The translations under genes were made by a program, and so were the position numbers. Below are positions 9,619 through 19,956 of a stretch of 64,000 bases of DNA, in pieces. Source of the stretch: an uncultured Planctomycetia bacterium (GTDB lineage Bacteria; Omnitrophota; Gorgyraeia; Duberdicusellales; 4484-171); NCBI GenBank assembly GCA_964489445.1, contig CAZAYU010000003.1, positions 134,715-198,714 on the forward strand, in the 5' to 3' direction. Numbering within the stretch: the stretch's first letter is position 1; every line of letters starts with the position of its first letter. The notes under the pieces are model-generated. The model was not told the origin of the DNA. It saw nothing but the letters and a program-made list of their open reading frames with translations, and ran no database searches.

Positions 9619-11616
9619 ATGAACAGTGATGTCATGAATAAAAAAACTTTTCTTTTATGCGGGCATGCTCAATCAGGGAAAACATCTTTGGCGGAATGTA
9701 TTTTATTTAAAACTGGCGCTACCAGTCGGTTAGGAAGAGTAGATAATCAAACGACGATTAGTGATTATGAGGATGATGAGAAAGATCGCAAAAGTTCGAT
9801 TAATTTAGCAGTTCTGGGTACTAAATATAAAGGAACTATTGCGTTACAATTTATAGATACTCCTGGGTATCTGGATTTTATTGGAGAGGTTGTTTCTGGT
9901 GTTCGGGCTGTTGATTTTGCGATTATGGTGGTAGATGCTGTAGAGGGAATAGGTATTGGGACAGAAAAAACATGGGCGCTACTAAGGAAAGAGAATATTC
10001 CTTGTTTATTCTTTGTTAATAAGCTGGATAAAGAAAATACTAATTTTAACCATATAGTAAAAGATATAAGAGACAACCTAACAAAAAGCGCAATTAGCTT
10101 TTGTATTCCAGAAGAAAACTCAGTAATAAATATTTTAAAACACAAAGATAAGGATGCTGTTTTGTATAATAAAGCTATGGAAACAATTGCAGAAAGCGAT
10201 GATGTTCTTTGTGAAGAATACCTAGACACAGGCTCTTTAGCGGCAGAGGAAATAATTCCATCTCTTAAAAAAGCAGTTATTAGTTCTCGGATTTTTCCGG
10301 TAATTGGCGGTTCAGCGATTAAAGAATTAGGGATAGATATTTTACTTGAATTTATTTCTGAAATAATGCCTTCAGTGGGAGAATCATCACCTAGGAAGGC
10401 CAAAGATAAAGAAGGAAAAGAAGTAATTGTTGAGCCAAAGATAGATTCACCATTTTGTGGACAAGTGTTTAAAACTGTGATTGATCCGTTCGTGGGCCAG
10501 CTTAATATTATCCGGGTGTTTTCTGGAAAAATAGATTCAAATGCTGATTTTTTTAATTTTAGCAAAGAGCATAAAGAAAAGTTTGGCCAGATTTATTCTT
10601 TACAGGGAAAACAGCAGGTTGCTCAGGAAGGAGTTTGTGTGGGGGATATTGTTGCAGTGGCTAAGCTAAAGGATACACAAACATCTGATACTATTTGTGT
10701 CAGATCTCGTCTTGTAGAATTTTCGAAGTTAGAGTTTCCTTCACCTGCTTATTCGGCTTCGGTCAAACCAAAAACCAGACAGGATGAGGATAAGATATCT
10801 TCAGTGTTAACCCGGTTAACAAGTGAAGATCCTACTTGCAGTGTGTCGCGTGATGCTCAAACTAAGGAGTTAATAATTTCAGGTATGGGCGAATTACATA
10901 TCCATGTAATTATTGAAAGGATGAAGAGAAAATATCAAGCTAATGTGGAGCTAGGAACACCGAAGGTTCCTTATTTTGAAACCATTACTAAGGAAGTAAG
11001 AGTATCTCATAAATATAAGAAACAAACAGGTGGGAGAGGACAATACGGCGATGTTTCAATTATTGTGCAACCCTTAGAGAGAGGGTGTAAATTTGAGTTT
11101 GTAAATAAAATTGTCGGAGGTGCAATCCCACGTAATTTTATTCCTTCGGTAGAGAAAGGAATTCGCAAGGCAATGGCTGAAGGATTTTTAGCCGGCTATC
11201 CGATAACGGATGTCCGAGTAACCTTGTTTGATGGATCATATCATCCGGTTGATTCGTCAGATATGGCTTTTCAGATTGCCGCTTCAATGGCCTTGAAAGA
11301 TGCGTTTAAACAAACAGGAAGTGTATTACTTGAGCCGATCATGAATATAGAAGTAGTTGCTCCGGAGGAAGTAATGGGGCAAATTACCGGCGATATTAAT
11401 AGCCGTAGAGGTAGGGTCATGGGTATGGAGTCGAAAGGCAAGAATGAAGTTGTTAAAGCCCATGTTCCTTTAGCGGAAATGTTCAAGTATACTTCTGATT
11501 TACGTTCAGTTACCGGAGGCCGGGGTAGCTATACAATGAGTTTTTCTAACTACGAGATTGTTCCATCTCGGATTGCTCAAGGACTTGTAGAAAAAATAAA
11601 GAAAACGGAAGAATAA
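9619..11616 (+). CDS. fusA: Elongation factor G paralogue (EF-G2-like)
   Basis: GHAQSGKT, DTPGYLDF, NKLD, GMGELH, KKQTGGRGQYG, GSYHPVDSS, LRSVTGGRG; strong SD AAGGAGG upstream. Confidence 0.92.
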   Translation: MNSDVMNKKTFLLCGHAQSGKTSLAECILFKTGATSRLGRVDNQTTISDYEDDEKDRKSSINLAVLGTKYKGTIALQFIDTPGYLDFIGEVVSGVRAVDFAIMVVDAVEGIGIGTEKTWALLRKENIPCLFFVNKLDKENTNFNHIVKDIRDNLTKSAISFCIPEENSVINILKHKDKDAVLYNKAMETIAESDDVLCEEYLDTGSLAAEEIIPSLKKAVISSRIFPVIGGSAIKELGIDILLEFISEIMPSVGESSPRKAKDKEGKEVIVEPKIDSPFCGQVFKTVIDPFVGQLNIIRVFSGKIDSNADFFNFSKEHKEKFGQIYSLQGKQQVAQEGVCVGDIVAVAKLKDTQTSDTICVRSRLVEFSKLEFPSPAYSASVKPKTRQDEDKISSVLTRLTSEDPTCSVSRDAQTKELIISGMGELHIHVIIERMKRKYQANVELGTPKVPYFETITKEVRVSHKYKKQTGGRGQYGDVSIIVQPLERGCKFEFVNKIVGGAIPRNFIPSVEKGIRKAMAEGFLAGYPITDVRVTLFDGSYHPVDSSDMAFQIAASMALKDAFKQTGSVLLEPIMNIEVVAPEEVMGQITGDINSRRGRVMGMESKGKNEVVKAHVPLAEMFKYTSDLRSVTGGRGSYTMSFSNYEIVPSRIAQGLVEKIKKTEE

Positions 11617-11671
11617 TTTTTTAGTTGTTTAATATTTTGTAAAAACAGACAAATATCACTTAGGAGAAATA

Positions 11672-12367
11672 ATGAAAATATATAATTTTGGGTTAAATAT
11701 TGAGCCGGGAAAGTACAAGTACAAGAATAATTATTTTAATAAATTAGTGGAAAAATTTTCACCAAAAGTAGTAACCCCTTATGTAGTAGAATTTTTAGAT
11801 ACAGATATTGATCGGTGTGAAGCAGTAGTTTTTGATAAAGAAAAAAGATTAGACTTTGTTTTAATTGATTTAGAAAAGATAGAGAAAAGGGTTATAAAGT
11901 CAGATGATGAAAATGAAAAAAAAATATTGCAGAAAGCTCAAGAGGCATTAGAGACAGAATCTTTATTGAACGAGGTAAGTTTTTCCGAAGAAGAAAAAGA
12001 AGTATTAAAAACGCTACAGCTAGTTACTCTAAAGCCTGCTGTTGAAAAGAATGCTTCAGAAGATATACACATAAATGAGCTGCTAAGTGATCTTTTATGT
12101 AAGGCAGAGATAATTTTATTTTTTACTGCCGGCAAAAAAGAAGTACATGCGTGGAGTGTTAAAAAAGGGGAAAATATTTTAGAAGCAGCCGGTAAAATTC
12201 ACAGCGATTTAAAAAGAGGATTTATCAAAGGAGAAGTTGTTAGCTGCCAGCATTTAGATGATTTTTTTAATATTGCTGAAGCAAAGTCTCGTGGGTTTGT
12301 AAAAATTGTTGACCGAGATTATCTAATGCAGGAGGCAGATATTATTGAGATTCGGTTTAATGTCTAA
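11672..12367 (+). CDS. YchF-like protein with C-terminal TGS/DUF933 domain, lacking the P-loop
   Basis: FFTAGKKEVHAW, AAGKIHSDLKRGFIKGEV, DYLMQEADII match the YchF C-terminus; no GxxxxGKS; only 231 aa. Confidence 0.8.
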   Translation: MKIYNFGLNIEPGKYKYKNNYFNKLVEKFSPKVVTPYVVEFLDTDIDRCEAVVFDKEKRLDFVLIDLEKIEKRVIKSDDENEKKILQKAQEALETESLLNEVSFSEEEKEVLKTLQLVTLKPAVEKNASEDIHINELLSDLLCKAEIILFFTAGKKEVHAWSVKKGENILEAAGKIHSDLKRGFIKGEVVSCQHLDDFFNIAEAKSRGFVKIVDRDYLMQEADIIEIRFNV

Positions 12368-12372
12368 AAAAT

Positions 12373-12427
12373 GATTACAGTGATTTTGGGAATGATTACA
12401 GAGGTTGAGAGAATAATTATAGTGATC
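12373..12427. repeat. Three degenerate GATTACAGTGATT-like units at 21-bp period
   Basis: gattacagtgatt (12373), gattacagaggtt (12394), aattatagtgatc (12415); resembles the units flanking the GxxExxY gene. Confidence 0.5.
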
Positions 12428-12468
12428 AGAATTTAGGTGGGGTTAGAAATAAAAAAAAGGTATAGTAT

Positions 12469-13983
12469 ATGTTAAAAATTAGGAGAGCGTTAATAAGTGT
12501 TTGGGAGAAGAAAGGGATAGTTGATTTTGCCAAAAAATTAGCTGGATTAAATATTGAAATAATTTCTACTGGGAAAACAGCGAAATTATTAAGAAGAAGT
12601 GGATTAGTGGTCAAAGATGTTGCCAGTTTAACTTCTTTTCCGGAGATACTTTCTGGAAGGGTCAAAACTCTTCATCCAAAAATATTTGGGGGAATCTTAG
12701 CCAATAAAAAACATCCACTGCATATCGAAGAAATAAGAGGGCTAGGGATTCAGCCGATTGATATGGTTGTAGTGAGCCTTTATCCTTTTGTTGAAAAGAT
12801 AAAAGATAATTTAAGCCATGATGAAATGATTGAATATATCGATATTGGTGGTCCTTCAATGTTGCGTGCAGCGGCTAAAAATTTCAAAAATGTTGCTAGC
12901 TTAAGTCAATCGCATCAATACAAGATGATTTTAGAAGAGCTTAAGAAGAATAAAGGGTTTATCTCTAATGAAACTCTTAAAACACTGGCAGAAGATGCTT
13001 TTTATACGACTAAAGAATACGATAATGCTATTTACAATTTCTTCAAAGGTAAAAACATCTTAACTTGGAATTTAGAAGAAACGCATTCTTTGCGTTATGG
13101 AGAAAATCCGCATCAGAAAAGCGCGCTATATAAATTAGCTGAAGGAGGCAGTTTAAAATTCAAGCAACTTCAGGGTAAAGAGCTATCGTATAATAACTTC
13201 TTAGATTTAGATACAGCTATTCAGCAGGTAAATGAGTTTACTCATCCAGCAGCAGCAATCGTTAAACATGCTTCTATTTGCGGGGTAGGAGTAGATAAAA
13301 AGTTATCTTTGGCATACAAAAAAGCTTATTGTTGTGACAAGCTATCTAGCTTTGGCGGAGTAATTAGCCTGAATAAAAAAGTAGATAAGGAAACTGCTCG
13401 GCAAATTATTAAAAGCGAGTTTAAAGAATGTATAGTGGCTTTTGCCTATTCGCGTGAAGCGCTGAAGATATTTTCCACGAAGAAAAATATGAGGGTTATA
13501 GAAATTGATGTGACAAAAAAAATAAGCACACCTAATGTAAAAACAACTTTATTCGGATGTCTTATTCAAGGGAAGGATGTTGTGGGTTTAGACAAAAATA
13601 AATTAAAAGTAGTTACTAGAAGAAAGCCTACTTCCCGAGAATTAAAAGATCTTATTTTTGCTTGGAAGGTAGTGAAGATGGTTAAGTCTAATGCGATTGT
13701 TATAGCTAAAAATTGTTCAGTTCTCGGAATTGGAGGGGGGCAACCTTCTCGAGTGGGTGCAGTTAAAATAGCAATTCAAAAAGCAACCGGCTCTTTAAAG
13801 CTTGCTACATTAGCGTCGGATGGATTCTTTCCGAAACCAGATTCGATAAAAGTAGCTTATAAAAAAGGAATCAAGGCAATAATCCAGCCCGGAGGATCGA
13901 TCAAAGATCAGGAAGTCATAGATATGTGCGATAAATTAGGCATTAGCATGGTTTTTACAGGCATTCGCCATTTTCGTCATTGA
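12469..13983 (+). CDS. purH: Bifunctional AICAR transformylase/IMP cyclohydrolase
   Basis: RALISV, GRVKTLHP, IDIGGPSMLRAAAKN, LRYGENPHQ, GKELSYNN, VKSNAI, ASDGFFP, QPGGS, RHFRH. Confidence 0.98.
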   Translation: MLKIRRALISVWEKKGIVDFAKKLAGLNIEIISTGKTAKLLRRSGLVVKDVASLTSFPEILSGRVKTLHPKIFGGILANKKHPLHIEEIRGLGIQPIDMVVVSLYPFVEKIKDNLSHDEMIEYIDIGGPSMLRAAAKNFKNVASLSQSHQYKMILEELKKNKGFISNETLKTLAEDAFYTTKEYDNAIYNFFKGKNILTWNLEETHSLRYGENPHQKSALYKLAEGGSLKFKQLQGKELSYNNFLDLDTAIQQVNEFTHPAAAIVKHASICGVGVDKKLSLAYKKAYCCDKLSSFGGVISLNKKVDKETARQIIKSEFKECIVAFAYSREALKIFSTKKNMRVIEIDVTKKISTPNVKTTLFGCLIQGKDVVGLDKNKLKVVTRRKPTSRELKDLIFAWKVVKMVKSNAIVIAKNCSVLGIGGGQPSRVGAVKIAIQKATGSLKLATLASDGFFPKPDSIKVAYKKGIKAIIQPGGSIKDQEVIDMCDKLGISMVFTGIRHFRH

Positions 13984-14090
13984 ATCAAAGTAAATCATTA
14001 AACATGGATTTGGCTGAGTTAATAAATAACAGTCGAATAATTGTAATATTTATTACTACAAGTAGTTTCTATTAAATAGCTATATAATAA

Positions 14091-15467
14091 ATGAATTATC
14101 ATCAAGTTGAAAAATATCTTGGTTCTTTTATAAATCACGAAAAGTGTTTAAATTTTTCTTATAGCGACTTAAAGATAGAGAGAGTTAAATTGCTGTTTAA
14201 ACATCTGGATATTTTTTGCGAAAAATTAAATATTGTTCATATTGCTGGCACCAAAGGAAAGGGGTCTACAGCGCATATTTGTGCATGCTTGATTGCATCT
14301 TCTGGGCACAAGGCAGGTCTTTACACTTCACCTCATATATTTGATTTTCGAGAGAGAATAAAGATAGCTTACGGTTTGAGATCTACAGATTGTAGCTATA
14401 AGTTAAGGAATAGAGGATTAAAGAAAAAAATAATCAGCGAAATGATTTCTAAAAACGATGTAGTAGAAATTGTAGGAAAGATAAAGAAAAAAATAAAAAA
14501 AATTAAATTTTCTAAGACTTTAGGAATGCCAACTTTTTTTGAATTATATACGGCAATTGCCTTAAAATATTTTTTAAATAAAGAGCTAGAATTTGCTGTT
14601 TTAGAAACAGGGCTAGGAGGAAGATTAGATGCAACTAATATCGTTAACCCTCGAGTTTCAGTTATTACGCATGTGGGTTATGACCACACAGATAAATTAG
14701 GAAAACGATTAAGTGATATTGCTTTAGAAAAAACGGGAATTATTAAAAATGGTATTCCGGTAATTAGCGCTAAACAAAGAAGCTCTGTAGAAAAAATAAT
14801 TGTTTGTCAGAGCCGCAGGAATAATGCTCCGTTGTTTATATACGGACGTGATTTTAAATCATCAAATATTGTAATTAAAAATAACTTTACACTATTTGAT
14901 TTCCAATTTCAGGGCAAAAAAATAAAAAATTTACAAATTAAGCTTAAAGGAGAGCACCAAATTGAGAATGCTTGTTGTGCTTTAGCTGCTACTCATTTAT
15001 TGAATAAGTCTGGGATAATTAAACAGAGAATAAGGGAAAGGCAAGGATTGTCTGAAGTTACGCTAGAGGGGAGATTCGAGATTTTCAAAAAAAAGCCATT
15101 GGTGGTTATGGATATTGCACACAATTGTTCTTCTTTTTTAACATTGCAAAATAGTTTAGATGTTTATTTTCCCAAAAAAAAGATTATTTTAGTTTTTGCT
15201 TGTTCTCAAGATAAAGATCCGGTGGCAATGCTTAAATTAATAAGATATGATAGTATAGTTATTACTAAATTTCATAATTCGCGTGCACAAAGCCCAGAGA
15301 ACATTAGAAGTAAGTGCAGAATAAAACAAGCATTTATTGCTAACGACGTAAAGGAGTCTTTTTCTGTAGCTGGAAAAATAGCTGATAAAGATTCCTTAAT
15401 CTTAATCAGTGGATCTGTGTTTTTAGTTAGTGAAGCCAAAAGGATTCTAGCAAGGTGCAATATATGA
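14091..15467 (+). CDS. folC: Folylpolyglutamate/dihydrofolate synthase
   Basis: HIAGTKGKGST, YTSPH, RERI, ETGLGGRLDATN, DIAHN, GSVFLV. Confidence 0.95.
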   Translation: MNYHQVEKYLGSFINHEKCLNFSYSDLKIERVKLLFKHLDIFCEKLNIVHIAGTKGKGSTAHICACLIASSGHKAGLYTSPHIFDFRERIKIAYGLRSTDCSYKLRNRGLKKKIISEMISKNDVVEIVGKIKKKIKKIKFSKTLGMPTFFELYTAIALKYFLNKELEFAVLETGLGGRLDATNIVNPRVSVITHVGYDHTDKLGKRLSDIALEKTGIIKNGIPVISAKQRSSVEKIIVCQSRRNNAPLFIYGRDFKSSNIVIKNNFTLFDFQFQGKKIKNLQIKLKGEHQIENACCALAATHLLNKSGIIKQRIRERQGLSEVTLEGRFEIFKKKPLVVMDIAHNCSSFLTLQNSLDVYFPKKKIILVFACSQDKDPVAMLKLIRYDSIVITKFHNSRAQSPENIRSKCRIKQAFIANDVKESFSVAGKIADKDSLILISGSVFLVSEAKRILARCNI

Positions 15468-16897
15468 GTAAATTAAATATTAAAGGATACGATGTAAACG
15501 ATACGATTGTGGCAATTGCTACATTTCCTTCTCGATCAGCTTTAGCGGTTATCAAGTTGTCTGGTAAGAAAGCATTACCAATTATTGGAAAGGTGTTTAA
15601 ACCGGCAAGAAATAAAAATATTTGCAAGGCAAAAACACACACGCTGCATTATGGGTGGATTGTCGATGAACAAAAAATGATAAATGATAAAGGAAAAAGG
15701 ATAAAGGAAAAAGAAAAGATTATTGATGAGGTATTAGTGAGTATTATGCGTAAGCCGCATTCTTATACCCGGGAAGATGTTGTAGAGGTTTCTGCTCATG
15801 GAGGATCTGCTTCAGTAAATAAAATTTTAGAAATAATGTTAAAACAAGGAGCTCGATTAAGCTTGCCGGGAGAGTTTACATATAGAGCGTTTTTAAGTGG
15901 AAGAATTGACCTACTACAGGTAGAAGGTGTTTTGAGCGTTGTTGAGGCAAAAACAGCTGATTCATTGACATTGGCATCTTCTCAGATAAAAGGAGAATCA
16001 ACGAATAAATTGCTGGTGCTTAAACAAGAAATAAAAGAATTATTTATCGAAACAGAAGGCGTGCTTAACTTTCCGGAAAGCGAAGCAGGAATTCATTATT
16101 CGATGCTAGGCAAGAAAATAAAAGAAATCAAGATGAAAGTAGATAAATTTTTAAAAGGAAGCTGTAAGGCACGGTATATTCAGGAAGGGTTTCGCTGTGT
16201 TATTTGTGGAAAAGCTAATGCTGGAAAATCTACCCTGTTTAATTATTTTCTTAAGGAGGAGAGAGCGATTGTTAGCAGGCAAAAAGGAACTACCAGGGAT
16301 GTTATTAAGTCAGAGATAAACATCCAGGGAGTTTTATTAAGGATGTATGATACTGCTGGAATTTTAGAGCCAAAAGATATAATTACTAAAAAAGCATTAA
16401 AAAAAACATTCCAAGCGTTTACAAAGGCTGATTTAGTAATTTTAGTTCTAGATGCTTCTCGAAAATTAGATAAGGATGATTTTTTCCTTTTGGATAAAAT
16501 AAAAGAAAAGAATACAATTCTACTAGTTAATAAGATTGATATTGCCAGAAAGGAAGTATTAAACCAAATAGCAGGTATAAAAGAGAAAAAGATAAAAATC
16601 AGTGTGCTGAAAAATATTGGTTTAGGAAATTTAGAAAAAGTAGTTTATAATAAAGTATACAAACGGGGGTTTGACCGGGAAAGTATTTTATTCTTAAATT
16701 ATTATCAGCAGGAAGTCTTGGAAAGACTGAAAGAAAGGCTTGAGCAAATTACAATGTTTTTAAAGCAAAAGTACACTATTGATTTTGTGGATTTAACTTT
16801 AAAGGAGTGCTTAGATGACTTAAGCCGGATATGTGGAGAAGTTGTTTCTGAAGAAGTGCTAGAGAAAATATTTTCAAGATTTTGTATCGGCAAGTAA
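15464..16897 (+). CDS. mnmE: tRNA modification GTPase MnmE
   Basis: DTIVAIAT, SYTREDVVE, PGEFTYRAF, GKANAGKST, GTTRD, DTAG, NKID, C-terminal FCIGK; ATG at 15464 overlaps the folC stop (ATGA). Confidence 0.96.
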   Translation: MSKLNIKGYDVNDTIVAIATFPSRSALAVIKLSGKKALPIIGKVFKPARNKNICKAKTHTLHYGWIVDEQKMINDKGKRIKEKEKIIDEVLVSIMRKPHSYTREDVVEVSAHGGSASVNKILEIMLKQGARLSLPGEFTYRAFLSGRIDLLQVEGVLSVVEAKTADSLTLASSQIKGESTNKLLVLKQEIKELFIETEGVLNFPESEAGIHYSMLGKKIKEIKMKVDKFLKGSCKARYIQEGFRCVICGKANAGKSTLFNYFLKEERAIVSRQKGTTRDVIKSEINIQGVLLRMYDTAGILEPKDIITKKALKKTFQAFTKADLVILVLDASRKLDKDDFFLLDKIKEKNTILLVNKIDIARKEVLNQIAGIKEKKIKISVLKNIGLGNLEKVVYNKVYKRGFDRESILFLNYYQQEVLERLKERLEQITMFLKQKYTIDFVDLTLKECLDDLSRICGEVVSEEVLEKIFSRFCIGK

Positions 16898-16948
16898 AAG
16901 ACTAAAACATACAATTATAAAGAAATATTAAATTAATGGAGGATTAAA

Positions 16949-17500
16949 GTGGATAAGAAAAAAATAGAAAAAGCAGTCAAAATGATTCTAGAGGCGGTAG
17001 GAGCTGATGTAAAAGCCAAGGATATAGCCGCTACCCCTAAAAGAGTAGCAGAAATGTATGAAGAAATTCTTCAAGGTCAGTTTAAGGATGCTGGCGAGGA
17101 GATAAATATTATTTTAGAGCAAAAGCATGACGAGATTATTCTTTTAAAGAATATTCCACTCCATAGTCTATGCGAACATCATTTGATTCCGTTCATCGGG
17201 AAAGTTCATGTTGCTTATATTCCGGATAAAAGAATCACTGGGTTAAGCAAAATTGCCCGGGTGGTAGATGTACTAGCCAAACGATTACAGGTTCAGGAAC
17301 GACTTACTACAGAAATAGCGGGTATTATTATGAAAAGATTGAAACCTAAAGGGGTTATGGTCGTTGTGGAAGCCGAGCATTTGTGTATGTCAATGCGTGG
17401 TGTTAAAAAAGCAGGAGCTTCAACCGTAACTTCTGTTGTTCGGGGAGTATTTCGTACGAACTCAAAGACTCGGCAGGAAGCGATGAGTCTTATAAAATAA
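16949..17500 (+). CDS. folE: GTP cyclohydrolase I
   Basis: [39 protein letters not shown]. Confidence 0.97.
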   Translation: MDKKKIEKAVKMILEAVGADVKAKDIAATPKRVAEMYEEILQGQFKDAGEEINIILEQKHDEIILLKNIPLHSLCEHHLIPFIGKVHVAYIPDKRITGLSKIARVVDVLAKRLQVQERLTTEIAGIIMKRLKPKGVMVVVEAEHLCMSMRGVKKAGASTVTSVVRGVFRTNSKTRQEAMSLIK

Positions 17501-17505
17501 GCAAT

Positions 17506-18045
17506 ATGAGCATAGTTACAAAAAAGGGCGACTTAGGAAAAACTTTTCTGTATAATGGCAGAAAAGTTAGCAAAAGCCATGTGTTGGTTGAAGCCTGTGG
17601 AGAGATTGATGAGCTAAGTTCTTACTTAGGTGCGGCTAAAAGTATTGCCAAGAGAAAAAAAGTAAAAAGAATTATTGAAGTAGTACAAAAAGATTTGTTG
17701 TTGGTAGGATCTGAAATCTCTTGCGGAAGCAAAAAAATAGTTAATTCTAAAATAAATATTGGGACTTTACAAATAAAATATATCGAAAATTTAATAAAAA
17801 GCATAGAAAAACAAAATGTGTTTTCCGGAAAAAAATTTTGTTTAAGTGGGAAAAATCTTTCTTCCAGTATGCTAGATATTGCCAGGAGTGTAGCCAGAAG
17901 GGCAGAAAGAAAGATAGTGGTTTTAGTGGGGAAAAAAAAGATAAACAATATTAATATGATTGTTTACTTGAATAGATTGTCTGATTTTATTTATTTGTTG
18001 GCTCGGCTGGAAGAATATCCGGCTTCTAAGAAAGTTAATTTTTAA
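17506..18045 (+). CDS. PduO-type cob(I)alamin adenosyltransferase
   Basis: TKKGDLGKT, GEIDELSSYLG, ARSVARRAER, YLNRLSD. Confidence 0.9.
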   Translation: MSIVTKKGDLGKTFLYNGRKVSKSHVLVEACGEIDELSSYLGAAKSIAKRKKVKRIIEVVQKDLLLVGSEISCGSKKIVNSKINIGTLQIKYIENLIKSIEKQNVFSGKKFCLSGKNLSSSMLDIARSVARRAERKIVVLVGKKKINNINMIVYLNRLSDFIYLLARLEEYPASKKVNF

Positions 18046-18085
18046 CCCAAGTAGCAAAAAAACATAAACTTCAATCAATAAATTT

Positions 18086-19090
18086 ATGAGAGAAGCAATG
18101 TTGTATAATCGGTTGGAAAATAATACAGTTCTTTGCTGTCTTTGTCCTCATGCTTGTAAAATTGCCTCTGGGCTGGCAGGCATTTGTCGGGTAAGGAAAA
18201 ATAACAATGGAGTATTAAATACACTTAATTATTCAAAAGCTGTTGCCCAGAATATTGATCCAATTGAAAAAAAACCTCTATATCATTTTTTTCCCGCAAC
18301 TAAAGCATATTCTGTTGCAGCGCCAGGGTGTAATTTTAAGTGTGGCTTTTGTCAAAATTGGCAGATTTCTCAAGATTTCCAAGCAGATATTCTATCTTTA
18401 GTAAGCGATGTTTTGCCAGAGCATATTGTCAAATGTGCCAAAGAGGAAAATTGTAAAAGCATCGCTTATACCTATACAGAGCCAATTGTGTTTTTTGAAT
18501 ATATGTATGAAACTGCTAAATTAGCGCAAGAAGAAGGGATCAAAAATGTTTTAATTACCAATGGATTTATTACCCAAGAAGCTTTAGCGCAGATTATTCC
18601 TTATTTAGATGCGGTTAATGTTGATTTGAAAAGTTTTAATGATGATTTTTACGTTAAAAATTGCCATGGACACCTAAAGCCAGTATTAGAAACAATTAAG
18701 TGTTTGAAGGAAAATAATGTATGGACGGAAGTTACTACTTTAGTTATTCCAAAGTGTAATGATTCTTTAGAAGAGCTGAGACAAATTGCTGATTTTATAG
18801 TTAGCATCGGGAAGGAAATTCCCTGGCATATTAGTAGATTCCATCCAGAGTATCATTTTACAGATTATAAGGCGACCTCGTTAGATGTTTTGGATGATGC
18901 GTTTAAGCAAGCGAAATTATCCGGATTAGATTATGTTTATTTAGGCAACACAGAAAACAAAAATAATACTTGTTGTGCTGCCTGTAATGTTCTATTAGTT
19001 AGAAGGTACGGGTTTAATGTTGCCGAAAATATTATTGAGAACAGTCATTGTCCTTCTTGTGGAAAATTTATTGATGGTGTGTTTAATTAA
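18086..19090 (+). CDS. amrS: AmmeMemoRadiSam-system radical SAM enzyme
   Basis: CCLCPHAC, DPIEKKPLYHF, GCNFKCGFCQN (CxxxCxxC), AYTYTEP, PWHISRFHP. Confidence 0.9.
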   Translation: MREAMLYNRLENNTVLCCLCPHACKIASGLAGICRVRKNNNGVLNTLNYSKAVAQNIDPIEKKPLYHFFPATKAYSVAAPGCNFKCGFCQNWQISQDFQADILSLVSDVLPEHIVKCAKEENCKSIAYTYTEPIVFFEYMYETAKLAQEEGIKNVLITNGFITQEALAQIIPYLDAVNVDLKSFNDDFYVKNCHGHLKPVLETIKCLKENNVWTEVTTLVIPKCNDSLEELRQIADFIVSIGKEIPWHISRFHPEYHFTDYKATSLDVLDDAFKQAKLSGLDYVYLGNTENKNNTCCAACNVLLVRRYGFNVAENIIENSHCPSCGKFIDGVFN

Positions 19091-19105
19091 GATGAGCGGC
19101 TGACC

Positions 19106-19525
19106 ATGTTATTTAAAAAAAGAAGTAAGTTGTTATTGGTAGGAGTGGGAAAATTTTCTAGTAGCATTTTAGAAAAAATAAAATCACTAAATGTAGATGA
19201 TAAAGTTTTATTTGATGTACGTTTATCTTTAGAGGAAGCGCTGATTAATGCTGTTCAACATGGAAATAAAGCGGATAAGAAAAAGAAAGTGCTTGTGGAA
19301 GCGTATATCGATAATGATTGTCTGTATGTCAAGGTGGAAGATGAAGGGAAAGGATTTAATAGTGAAAATACTACTTCTTCTATTGAAGACAGGAATATTG
19401 AAAAACTATCTGGTCGCGGAGTTTTTTTAATAAAACAATGTATGGATAAAGTAAAATTTTCTAAGGGCGGAAGCCGAATAGTAATGGTAAAATATTTAAA
19501 TACGCACAGGAAACAAGAAGAATGA
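19106..19525 (+). CDS. RsbW-like anti-sigma factor / Ser kinase (GHKL)
   Basis: LEEALINAVQHGN, VEDEGKGF, GRGVFLI. Confidence 0.9.
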   Translation: MLFKKRSKLLLVGVGKFSSSILEKIKSLNVDDKVLFDVRLSLEEALINAVQHGNKADKKKKVLVEAYIDNDCLYVKVEDEGKGFNSENTTSSIEDRNIEKLSGRGVFLIKQCMDKVKFSKGGSRIVMVKYLNTHRKQEE

Positions 19526-19623
19526 ATCAGATGGGTATAATCTCAGGGTTTGGGTGCAGCGTTAATAGGATAAATTCTTTTATTTAGTAATTTTTGTGTG
19601 ATAATTAAGCATGGAGGTAGAAA

Positions 19624-19956
19624 ATGAAAATAACTGAAGACAGGAAAGGAGAAATGCTCATTTACCGTCTTAAGGGAGATGTGAATTTAAGTAATTCTCC
19701 CGTGTTGCGTAAGGCTTTTGAAAGTTGTACCCAGGGTGATGTAAAAAAAGTAATTGTGGATTTTAAAGAGGTTCCCTATATTGATAGCTCAGGGTTGGCA
19801 ACTCTAATTGAGCTCTTACAGCGGCTTAAAAAAATCGGTGGTAACTTGAGAATTTGCAATTTAGATGAAAAAGTAAAAGGCATTTTTGAGGTAACGAGGT
19901 TATTTAAATTGTTTAAAATATGTGATAACGAAGATATGGCCGTGGAGGATTTTTAA
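19624..19956 (+). CDS. STAS-domain anti-anti-sigma factor (RsbV/SpoIIAA-like)
   Basis: VDFKEVPYIDSSGLATL phosphoacceptor motif; stop overlaps the mlaE start. Confidence 0.9.
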   Translation: MKITEDRKGEMLIYRLKGDVNLSNSPVLRKAFESCTQGDVKKVIVDFKEVPYIDSSGLATLIELLQRLKKIGGNLRICNLDEKVKGIFEVTRLFKLFKICDNEDMAVEDF

